A stretch of 59,156 nucleotides of DNA from a virus: the IMG/VR virus record IMGVR_UViG_3300045988_148442, positions 1-59,156 of that record, one strand, 5' to 3'. Position 1 is the stretch's first letter. Each line of letters opens with the position of its first letter. The notes under the pieces were generated by a model that was given only the letters and a program-made list of their open reading frames with translations, did not search any database and had not been told where the DNA came from. Shown one piece after another: positions 8,712-15,440 of the stretch. The translations under genes were made by a program, and so were the position numbers.

Positions 8712-8890
8712 TTCTTAAATTCCTCCGCTCTATAAAGTCTACAAAGCCTGACATTACAATCAGTTTTATTAATATTTTTAATTGTACATTTTCCGCAATT
8801 AATTTCTGCAAAATGGTCTGTATACTCGCTGTGCCAATAAACGCAAGTCGCACAACGCCTGTGCTTTTTTCGGTATTCGTTCGGTGTCAT
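8708..8890 (-). CDS. Cys-rich mini-protein
   Basis: 60 aa with RRCATCVYW...NCGKC. Confidence 0.55.
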   Translation of the reverse strand: MTPNEYRKKHRRCATCVYWHSEYTDHFAEINCGKCTIKNINKTDCNVRLCRLYRAEEFKK

Positions 8891-9063
8891 TCTTTTTCCT
8901 CACTTTCGAGCCAATGCCTCATACAATCGTCTGAACAATCGTACTCGCCGTCGCATAAATCACAAAAAGTTATAGCGTAATCTATATCTTGTAATTCTAC
9001 TTTTTCCATAAAATTAATCATTTCCTCAATCGACATAGATTTAATCTTTTCAAAGTTTGTCAT
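8887..9063 (-). CDS. 58-aa acidic Cys-rich mini-protein (MTNFEKIKSMSIEEMINFM...CDLCDGEYDCSDDC)
   Basis: Not in the ORF track. SD AAGGAGTGA lies upstream of the ATG at 9063. Its stop overlaps the next start (ATGA). Confidence 0.55.
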   Translation of the reverse strand: MTNFEKIKSMSIEEMINFMEKVELQDIDYAITFCDLCDGEYDCSDDCMRHWLESEEKE

Positions 9064-9069
9064 TTTTGC

Positions 9070-9420
9070 TCACTCCTTATCCATTTTTGCACCGCAATGT
9101 GGACAATACGGTGTTAGTTTATAAGTTCCTAACCCTTCTTGATAAAAAGGTGAACCTCCACAAATAGAACAATTCCGTCTTATAAAATAATTTCCCCAGT
9201 ACATATCTTCTTGATTTTTTACCCACTCCCCGTGCCTGACTTCCTGCACGTTGGCGGTGGGTGTGTATTCATCAATTATTTTTATAGCTTCTCTTAGCCC
9301 TCTTACAATATAATCATCATTGCTTATCCAGTATGGATTTGAGTTATGGGGATATTCGTTGATTTTGTCTTTTATCTTTGCAATAGCCGCTTCACGCTCT
9401 ATGTATTCTTTTTCAGCCAT
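9070..9420 (-). CDS. Zinc-ribbon protein, paralogue of 12520-12780
   Basis: It begins MAEKEYIEREAA, contains NVQEVRHGEWV and CSICG, and ends YCPHCGAKMDKE. Its ends match the second copy at the nucleotide level. Confidence 0.65.
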   Translation of the reverse strand: MAEKEYIEREAAIAKIKDKINEYPHNSNPYWISNDDYIVRGLREAIKIIDEYTPTANVQEVRHGEWVKNQEDMYWGNYFIRRNCSICGGSPFYQEGLGTYKLTPYCPHCGAKMDKE

Positions 9421-9425
9421 TGTTA

Positions 9426-9569
9426 TCACCGTCCAAAAACCGCCATTATGTTAAAAACTCCACCCACATAACTAAATGAAACAAGTCTATAACCTTGACG
9501 AGCCATATCATTTAGCAACAATTGAAATTTTTTCTCGCCACTCACAGTCCTTACTTTATATTCAGCCAT
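9426..9569 (-). CDS. 47-aa protein, DUF4177-like (MAEYKVRTVSGEKKFQLLLNDMARQGYRLVSF...)
   Basis: Not in the ORF track. SD AAAGGAGTGA lies upstream of the ATG at 9569. Confidence 0.5.
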   Translation of the reverse strand: MAEYKVRTVSGEKKFQLLLNDMARQGYRLVSFSYVGGVFNIMAVFGR

Positions 9570-9574
9570 TGTTT

Positions 9575-9976
9575 TCACTCCTTTAAATCCTCTAATTTAT
9601 CATCGTGGATATTGCCGATTACTTCAAGTAATTTCATCGTATCAGCGTTAAAACCACTCACTTTTGTTATTCCGTTTTGATAAAGGGAGTAGCAGGCGTT
9701 ATCAGAATCCCATTTAACCACACAAGGACTAAAACGCAAAATTACAATATCCCCCTCAAAAATCTTATTGCCGTTCTTGTCGGTCAAGCCTGTGTACTGT
9801 CCGACGGTTTCGGGGATAACGTCATATTCTTCAACATCACCGTAAGGAGCTTCGTTCAAATTTCCTTGATAATCTTCACAAACAAAAATCGAAGCCCAAT
9901 TTTTAGTTTGTAATATACCACCCTCTACCCACTCGCCGTTATATAGTTTTTTTGCTCTGAATAATATTTCTCGCAT
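9575..9976 (-). CDS. YopX family protein
   Basis: It begins MREILFRAKK, contains PETVGQYTGLTDKNGNKIFEGDIV, and has EVIGNIHDD near the C-terminus. Confidence 0.85.
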   Translation of the reverse strand: MREILFRAKKLYNGEWVEGGILQTKNWASIFVCEDYQGNLNEAPYGDVEEYDVIPETVGQYTGLTDKNGNKIFEGDIVILRFSPCVVKWDSDNACYSLYQNGITKVSGFNADTMKLLEVIGNIHDDKLEDLKE

Positions 9977-9987
9977 TTTTATTCTCC

Positions 9988-10167
9988 TTATCTTCCTGTA
10001 CTACCAAAACCGCCGTTGCCCCTGTCTGTATCTTCAAGGCTTTCAACTTGTTCAAGTTGGGGTGTGAGTATCGGCAATATAACAAACTGACTAATTTTAT
10101 CCACTGCTTCAACTATGTAATATTTCGGATAATTATTGTAGAGTTTTTTGTCTAAAACTGTTTTCAT
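9988..10167 (-). CDS. dUTPase C-terminal fragment (motifs IV-V only); probable gene remnant
   Basis: DKISQFVILPI...VESLEDTDRGNGGFGSTGR matches trimeric dUTPase motifs IV and V. Motifs I-III are absent. ATG 10167 sits behind AAGGAG. Confidence 0.6.
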   Translation of the reverse strand: MKTVLDKKLYNNYPKYYIVEAVDKISQFVILPILTPQLEQVESLEDTDRGNGGFGSTGR

Positions 10168-10179
10168 TTTCAACACTCC

Positions 10180-10263
10180 TTATTTATTTGCTGTAATCAT
10201 AGCCATTATAGCTACTCCAATAAACGCACCTATAAAAACGCCTATTATGATACCTAAAAGCAT
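10180..10263 (-). CDS. 27-aa hydrophobic peptide (MLLGIIIGVFIGAFIGVAIMAMITANK)
   Basis: Not in the ORF track. AGGAGG lies 5 nt upstream of the ATG at 10263. Confidence 0.45.
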   Translation of the reverse strand: MLLGIIIGVFIGAFIGVAIMAMITANK

Positions 10264-10272
10264 ATTTACCTC

Positions 10273-10569
10273 CTATCTTGTATAATCTCGGTCAAAAGGT
10301 ATTTTAAGATAATCAATAACTACTCTGTCGATATGTTCCCAAAATACCTCGTCTTTATTTGCCTTTTCTGTCAGTTTATTAATCTCTACAATCACATCTT
10401 TGCAACGGTCATTGAAATGGTACTTGTTATACAAGACATAACACATAAGTTTAAATATACGTCTTGTAAAGTCTTTACTTTGCTTTTCGAATTCTTTTTT
10501 ACCTTCTTTTTGTGCTTCTTGATTTACAATTTTCTGCATTTCTTTAGGTAGTGGTATTCTAGCTTTCAT
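10273..10569 (-). CDS. Hypothetical protein
   Basis: 98-aa ORF in operon orientation. It overlaps the stop codon of the upstream gene by 1 nt (10569). Confidence 0.6.
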   Translation of the reverse strand: MKARIPLPKEMQKIVNQEAQKEGKKEFEKQSKDFTRRIFKLMCYVLYNKYHFNDRCKDVIVEINKLTEKANKDEVFWEHIDRVVIDYLKIPFDRDYTR

Positions 10570-11360
10570 TATTCTACCTCTACAAATTCGCCGTTTTCTA
10601 ACTTATAAAAGGTATCTTCTTTTATTGTTTTACCGTCAACTTGTACTGTCTTTACGCAAACAGGAATATTTCTGTTTAAATTATTATCAAATTTCCATTC
10701 TGATAATGTTATCCAACTTCCTTTTTTAGCTTTTACTTTTGAGCTGTGTCCTGCACACATTATTACAGCGAAGTCACCGCTTGAGCCGATTTTTGCGGAG
10801 TTACCGCTTGAGCCGATTTGTGCGAAGTCACCGCTTGAGCCGATTTGTGCGAAGTCACCGCTTGAGCCGATTTTTGCGGAGTTACCGCTTGAGCCGATTT
10901 GTGCGAAGTCACCGCTTGAGCCGATTTGTGCGAAGTAACCGCTTGAGCCGATTTTTGCGGAGTCACCGCTTGAGCCGATTTGTGCGGAGTCACCTCCGTT
11001 ATCATTTTTGGCTATCGTTTCGTTTGATTTTTCCCATTCAAAATTAACGCTTGCCTGTACCAACTTTGCAAAAGAAATTTTACCCTTTACTTTCAATTTT
11101 TTAGTACAATATTTTTTGTTATCGTCTGTTTTCGGTTCGTCCAATGCTTCAACTTCCGCAAATTCGCTCATTTCACCGTTTTCGTTTACAAGTGGATAAT
11201 GATTTAATACCTCTAACGGCTCTTTGCAAAAGTGCATACCGCTTTGGCATACTTCGGCGGTTTCTTCCTCAAAAACGGTATTTTCGGCGTATTGCTTACC
11301 TCTGCATACCATTCCTTTGTCAAAGGCTTTATAGCCTTTCATTGTTACTTTGTCTGACAT
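10569..11360 (-). CDS. DUF7666-like protein with nine tandem 9-aa (SGDxAxIGS) repeats
   Basis: The N-terminus reads KGYKAFDKGMVCRGKQY...CQSGMHFC. The central segment is GDSAQIGSSGDSAKIGSSGYFAQIGSS... repeated. Confidence 0.65.
   Translation of the reverse strand: MSDKVTMKGYKAFDKGMVCRGKQYAENTVFEEETAEVCQSGMHFCKEPLEVLNHYPLVNENGEMSEFAEVEALDEPKTDDNKKYCTKKLKVKGKISFAKLVQASVNFEWEKSNETIAKNDNGGDSAQIGSSGDSAKIGSSGYFAQIGSSGDFAQIGSSGNSAKIGSSGDFAQIGSSGDFAQIGSSGNSAKIGSSGDFAVIMCAGHSSKVKAKKGSWITLSEWKFDNNLNRNIPVCVKTVQVDGKTIKEDTFYKLENGEFVEVE
10770..10995. repeat. Near-perfect 27-bp tandem repeat, about 8-9 copies, with an 81-bp higher-order unit; it is coding
   Basis: The unit accgcttgagccgattt(t/g)tgcg(g/a)ag(t)(c/t/a) is repeated head to tail. 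Confidence 0.85.
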
Positions 11361-11463
11361 ATTTATTACTACCTTTCTTTATTTTGCGTGTCTATCGGGA
11401 TTGTGACCGTCTGACCGTCCGCATTACCACCGCCGAAGCGGTGTCGCTCTGCATTATTTGTTA

Positions 11464-11655
11464 CTAAACGTTTATAATGATTTCATTACCATTCTCAATG
11501 GCATTTATAAACTCAAAATAGCAATTCAACGGCGCATAGCCTACCTTGCCGTGATAATGTATATTGTGCTTATCATTAAATACAGTTACTATCTGTTCAT
11601 CATCTAATGTGTCTAAATAGTTATTAACTGTTTTATACTGTTTCGTTTTCATCAT
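11464..11655 (-). CDS. Hypothetical protein
   Basis: I trimmed the track ORF to ATG 11655 (MMKTKQYK), which sits behind AAAGGTGA. It is the first gene after promoter cassette copy A. Confidence 0.55.
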   Translation of the reverse strand: MMKTKQYKTVNNYLDTLDDEQIVTVFNDKHNIHYHGKVGYAPLNCYFEFINAIENGNEIIINV

Positions 11656-11705
11656 AATTAAATCACCTTTCATTTGGCTTTCGCCTTTCTTTATTTTGTG
11701 ATTTA

Positions 11706-11734
11706 ATTATAATACTTTTGTATAACAATTTCAA
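11706..11734 (-). promoter_or_regulatory. Promoter cassette copy A (TTGAAA-17-TATAAT plus conserved leader)
   Basis: Minus strand ccgaTTGAAAttgttatacaaaagtatTATAATtaaatcacaaaataaagaaagg. The sequence is almost identical to the copies at 33.7 kb and 29.4 kb. Confidence 0.6.
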
Positions 11735-11805
11735 TCGGTAAAATAGCCAAACTTAAATCAATATTTTTATACATTTTGCACATAAATGTAAACATTGTGA
11801 AACAT

Positions 11806-12183
11806 TCAAGGCAATTCAACACTTCGGGTTATTTCAATCTCTGTTCGTGGATTTTCTTTATCATATAGCACCCTGCTCCAATCGTGGCTTTCAATTATTG
11901 TGTAGTTATCATCAGCAAGCAATCCATATTTAACCATTATGTCATCTACTGCTTCAAGCATATTTGTTAAATCGCATTTTCTGCGTGTTGGCATATAAAA
12001 TAACGCTTTAACATTTACTGGATAATCTATATGTATATTTTTTGGTATAAACCAACCTGCCTGTTTTTCATATTCTTTGTATTTTTTACTCGGCATAATA
12101 AAAGGCTTTCCTGTCGATTTATTTAATAATATTTGCTGACTATTTTTCTTTGAAACAGGTGGTAAATTAATTGTAAATTTCAT
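11806..12183 (-). CDS. rusA: RusA-family Holliday junction resolvase
   Basis: 125 aa with PPVSKKNS and CDLTNMLEAVDDIMVKYGLLADDNYTI. Confidence 0.8.
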   Translation of the reverse strand: MKFTINLPPVSKKNSQQILLNKSTGKPFIMPSKKYKEYEKQAGWFIPKNIHIDYPVNVKALFYMPTRRKCDLTNMLEAVDDIMVKYGLLADDNYTIIESHDWSRVLYDKENPRTEIEITRSVELP

Positions 12184-12374
12184 TATTCAGCCTCCGTAAT
12201 ATCATTAAGTTTGCAAATAATCAACGAGTTACATTTTAAGTCTTTCAATTCAGCTTGATAAAAATATCCTTTTTCATTCAGCCTTAAAGTACAGCCTGTT
12301 AATTGATATTTTGTATTGTTGTAAATTACAAGTTTATTAAGGTTGCGTTTAACTTCTTTAAGTTCCATAATCAA
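12183..12374 (-). CDS. Hypothetical protein
   Basis: 63-aa ORF. Its end (12183) overlaps the first base of the rusA start codon, and its start overlaps the stop of 12371-12517. Confidence 0.5.
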   Translation of the reverse strand: MIMELKEVKRNLNKLVIYNNTKYQLTGCTLRLNEKGYFYQAELKDLKCNSLIICKLNDITEAE

Positions 12375-12517
12375 CCTTTTTCGCCGTTGAAAATATGCAT
12401 AGCTTGCACTTGCTTAACGCAATCTAAATAAAGTAACTTCTTTTGTTCTTCTGTGTAGTGATTGTATTTTCCTGACGCTAATTTTGCTAAATATAATGTT
12501 TCAATTTCTTTTTCCAT
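12371..12517 (-). CDS. 48-aa hypothetical protein (MEKEIETLYLAKLASGKYNHYTEEQKK...)
   Basis: Not in the ORF track. AAGGAGAG lies upstream of the ATG at 12517. Confidence 0.5.
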   Translation of the reverse strand: MEKEIETLYLAKLASGKYNHYTEEQKKLLYLDCVKQVQAMHIFNGEKG

Positions 12518-12519
12518 TT

Positions 12520-12780
12520 TTACTCACTCTCCTTATCCATTTTTGCACCGCAGTTGGGACAGAAATTAAATTTGCCGTGTGGCATACCAAAGTTTTGTAA
12601 GCACAAAGAACAAAAATTACTTGTTCCCAAAAGGTAGGGCTTTTCTATCCATTTTCCGTGCCTGACCTCTTGCACATCGGCGGTGGGTACTGTATCAAGC
12701 AATTTTGCAGCATTATAAGCGTAATCGTCTGCTAAAACTTTCTGTGCCGCTTTACGCTCTATGTATTCTTTTTCAGACAT
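12520..12780 (-). CDS. Zinc-ribbon protein, paralogue of 9070-9420
   Basis: It begins MSEKEYIERKAA, contains DVQEVRHGKWI and CSLC, and ends FCPNCGAKMDKESE. Confidence 0.65.
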   Translation of the reverse strand: MSEKEYIERKAAQKVLADDYAYNAAKLLDTVPTADVQEVRHGKWIEKPYLLGTSNFCSLCLQNFGMPHGKFNFCPNCGAKMDKESE

Positions 12781-12796
12781 TGTTTTCATACTCCTT

Positions 12797-13648
12797 TCAA
12801 TTAAATAAAATATCTTTAAGTTCTTGCTTCTTTTGTTGTGCTATTTTTGACCTTTCGGACTGTCCTAACATCTGAACAGGTGAACACATTTCTAACACTC
12901 TATCATAAATACGCTTTTGTTGTATTGTTTGTCCTGCGTTTAACTCATTCAATGTTAAGTTTGTAGTTATTATAGTAGGCTTGTTTGTTTTGTTCCTTTC
13001 GTCCATTAAGTCGCACATAATCTCTTGTGCATACTCGCTGTTACGCTCTGCACCTAAATCATCAATCACAAGTAAATCAACTGCCACAATACGCTTGATA
13101 ATATCCAACTTGTCAAAGGTTGATACTCCTGTTAGCATTTTTGTTGTTATCGTCAAGCATAATTCTCCATACTTACTGCGGATTTCGTTTGCAATGCAGT
13201 TAGCATAAAATGTTTTACCTGTTCCGACATCACCGAATATTACTAACCCTGTATTTTTATCTTTTGCCTTTTCCCAATTTTTGCAGTAATTGCGAAACAA
13301 TATTGACTTTTCATATGTAGGTTTTTTGTCTTTGTCAAAACTGTCCGACAATGCTTTAATATCCTGCAATCCGTCATTTATGTAACTTTTAAATATTCTT
13401 TCGTTTTCTTCTTTTTTAAGTCTTAAATTAAATTCAGCCTGTTCACGGTCACGCTTTGCAGTTTCACATTTGCAAAGTAACATTGGCATTAAAAATTTTC
13501 CGTTGCCAACATCATATTTGCCTTGCTTCGGTGTATTACATTTTCCACAATACAACACACCGTCTTTTATATAATCACCCTCATTTTTAGGTATTACCTT
13601 TTTTGACCGTTCGGCTAACATCTGTAAAAATTCATTTGTTACATTCAT
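12797..13648 (-). CDS. DnaC/IstB-like AAA+ helicase loader
   Basis: Walker A GDVGTGKT, Walker B LLVIDDLGAE, and TIITTN. Confidence 0.85.
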   Translation of the reverse strand: MNVTNEFLQMLAERSKKVIPKNEGDYIKDGVLYCGKCNTPKQGKYDVGNGKFLMPMLLCKCETAKRDREQAEFNLRLKKEENERIFKSYINDGLQDIKALSDSFDKDKKPTYEKSILFRNYCKNWEKAKDKNTGLVIFGDVGTGKTFYANCIANEIRSKYGELCLTITTKMLTGVSTFDKLDIIKRIVAVDLLVIDDLGAERNSEYAQEIMCDLMDERNKTNKPTIITTNLTLNELNAGQTIQQKRIYDRVLEMCSPVQMLGQSERSKIAQQKKQELKDILFN

Positions 13649-14364
13649 TAGAAGTAGTCAACTCCTTGTTTGTATTCCTTTTGCGGTTGTTGCGGTTTCT
13701 TTTCACTTTTATCAAAAGAATAGTTTTTGATTTCATAGAAAGCCGCCCAACCTCTGCATATAACCTCTTTGAGATAATCTACAACTGTCATTCCACTTTT
13801 TCTTGCAAGTTCGTCAAGTTTATCAATGTTAATCTGAATTGCTCTATCTGTTAAAGCGGCTCTTTTTGCTTTTCTAACTTTTAACCATTCAAATAACAAG
13901 TCTGTAACATCTGCTCTAATAGATACATCAACAGTTTCTGCGTATTCCAAAATGATTTTATTGAAGCTGTTTTGCTTACTTTCTTTCTTTTTATTAGATG
14001 TATTATTAACTGTATTATTAGATGTATTACTTTCTTTCAAATTTTTAAAATCAGACTTACAATTTTTTAAATCCTGCCTTTCAAAATTTGAAAGTCTGCT
14101 TTTCAATTCTCGTTGTCTGCCGTCAAATTTCTGCACATATAAATATCCTATCTTGATAAGTTTTGAAATTGCGGTTGATACCTTTGTTTCACTACATTGG
14201 CAAAATTCAGCAATATGCTTGTTGCTTGCATAACAACCTCTTTCACCATTATCTAAACTGTCAATCTCTGTTAATATAACTTTATCAAGTGCATTGAGCC
14301 TTTCATCAAGCCACACAATTTTTGGTATCCATACGCCTTTAAAATCTCTGTCATACTCTGTCAT
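13648..14364 (-). CDS. Replication initiation / replisome organiser protein (N-terminal wHTH, DnaD-like C-terminal domain)
   Basis: I trimmed to ATG 14364 (MTEYDRDFKGVWIP). The C-terminus reads LFEWLKVRKAKRAALTDRAIQINIDKL...ICRGWAAF. Confidence 0.7.
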   Translation of the reverse strand: MTEYDRDFKGVWIPKIVWLDERLNALDKVILTEIDSLDNGERGCYASNKHIAEFCQCSETKVSTAISKLIKIGYLYVQKFDGRQRELKSRLSNFERQDLKNCKSDFKNLKESNTSNNTVNNTSNKKKESKQNSFNKIILEYAETVDVSIRADVTDLLFEWLKVRKAKRAALTDRAIQINIDKLDELARKSGMTVVDYLKEVICRGWAAFYEIKNYSFDKSEKKPQQPQKEYKQGVDYF

Positions 14365-14572
14365 TATTATGACCTCTATACTTAAAATTTCTTTCCATTT
14401 GTTTATTCCACTTTTTATATTCTTTACGCACCTCATCATTTACTACAAGTAATGTTCCGCTCATACAATATTGTGCAATCTCCATAATTGTATATTTTGG
14501 AACATTGTATATTGAAAGTTTACTTGACAAATATTCTATAATTTCATTTTGATATGTTTCTAAATTACTCAT
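14351..14572 (-). CDS. Hypothetical protein, first gene of the replication operon
   Basis: 73 aa. GAGGTGA lies upstream of the ATG at 14572. Confidence 0.55.
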   Translation of the reverse strand: MSNLETYQNEIIEYLSSKLSIYNVPKYTIMEIAQYCMSGTLLVVNDEVRKEYKKWNKQMERNFKYRGHNNDRV

Positions 14573-14584
14573 TGTTTCACCTCA

Positions 14585-14631
14585 AATAAAAAACCTCGTA
14601 ATGTGCAGGTGCAAGCTACAACATTACAAGG
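14585..14631 (-). terminator. Intrinsic terminator-like hairpin in the leader of the replication operon
   Basis: The minus-strand RNA reads CCUUGUAAUG-(18 nt)-CAUUACGAGG (10 bp, one G-U pair) followed by UUUUUUAUUUG. It ends a few nt before the SD of 14351-14572. Confidence 0.55.
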
Positions 14632-14701
14632 CTATAAGCAAAATAGTATGTACTTTTATCACAAAATAGCGTCTTGCACACAACTACTTTGCTATATACA
14701 T

Positions 14702-14730
14702 ATTTTACCATATAATCAAATAAATGTCAA
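14702..14730 (-). promoter_or_regulatory. Near-consensus extended -10 promoter
   Basis: Minus strand TTGACA (14730-14725), a 17-nt spacer ending in TGG, then TAAAAT (14707-14702). Confidence 0.6.
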
Positions 14731-14778
14731 CGTATATTTTCGCATAACACTTAAATGTTTCATACCGTCACATTTTGT

Positions 14779-15105
14779 TTACGGCAATCCCTTTCTTATG
14801 TACTTTTTGATGTGTTTATCATAATTTCCGCTTTCTTTTGCAGTTTTTAGAATACCTTTGATATTTTTAACACTTCTGTCTAAATCTTGTGCTATACGCT
14901 TTGGTGTATCTCCTCTATATGTATAAACACAAACTAAATATTCTGTGTCTGATGTGCAAGGGCGGTTTAATTCTTTTTTTCGTTTTTCTTGCCTTTCTTT
15001 TTTGATTATTTCTCTACAATCAGGGCAATTTGCAAAAGGTTTATTTGATGTAAAAACATTACCGCACCTCTTGCATTTAATTTCTCTTGTCGTACTTTTC
15101 TTCAT
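14779..15105 (-). CDS. Zinc-ribbon plus HTH-like small DNA-binding protein
   Basis: CKRCGN...CPDC, then a basic linker, then TPKRIAQDLDRSVKNIKGIL. ATG 15105 sits behind GGAGG. Confidence 0.5.
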   Translation of the reverse strand: MKKSTTREIKCKRCGNVFTSNKPFANCPDCREIIKKERQEKRKKELNRPCTSDTEYLVCVYTYRGDTPKRIAQDLDRSVKNIKGILKTAKESGNYDKHIKKYIRKGLP

Positions 15106-15120
15106 TATCAAACCTCCATA

Positions 15121-15417
15121 TTAAGTGCGTGAGTATTCCTTGTATAATTCTTCCTCTTTTTTTCTGTTTATCATTGTATTAAAAGACTTTAGTTCAGGGT
15201 ATTTCTCTTGTATTTTTCGCCTTGCCCTTTCAACACTTTTTAAGTTCGGCAATTCGTAACTATGATTTTGTATAACAACCCAAAAAGGAAAATTCATCAA
15301 GTGAGGACACGTTACTTCGCATACAAATAGCCATAATAAATAATCGTTTTTTCTCGCTTGCGGTTTTTCTTCTAAAATTTGGATTACTATTTTTTCCATT
15401 GTCTTTAACTTTGACAT
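15121..15417 (-). CDS. Hypothetical conserved phage protein
   Basis: I trimmed to ATG 15417, which sits behind AAAGGAGAG. It contains ...LPNLKSVERARRKIQEKYPELK. Confidence 0.55.
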   Translation of the reverse strand: MSKLKTMEKIVIQILEEKPQARKNDYLLWLFVCEVTCPHLMNFPFWVVIQNHSYELPNLKSVERARRKIQEKYPELKSFNTMINRKKEEELYKEYSRT

Positions 15418-15440
15418 ATAATCTCTCCTTTTAATATTCA

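Noticed and set aside
9988-10176. Functional dUTPase
   Set aside because: Only motifs IV-V are present, in a 59-62 aa ORF. The catalytic motifs I-III are absent on all frames upstream.
10770-10995. Possible CRISPR array
   Set aside because: The repeats are contiguous with no spacers. The 27-bp unit is in frame within a protein-coding gene, and no cas genes are present.
10739-11047. ORFs 10739-11047 (+) and 10763-11005 (-) with striking repeats (HRLSRF..., KSAQAVT...)
   Set aside because: These are alternative-frame readings of the 27-bp tandem array inside gene 10569-11360. Only the frame continuous with the non-repetitive N- and C-terminal domains is credible.
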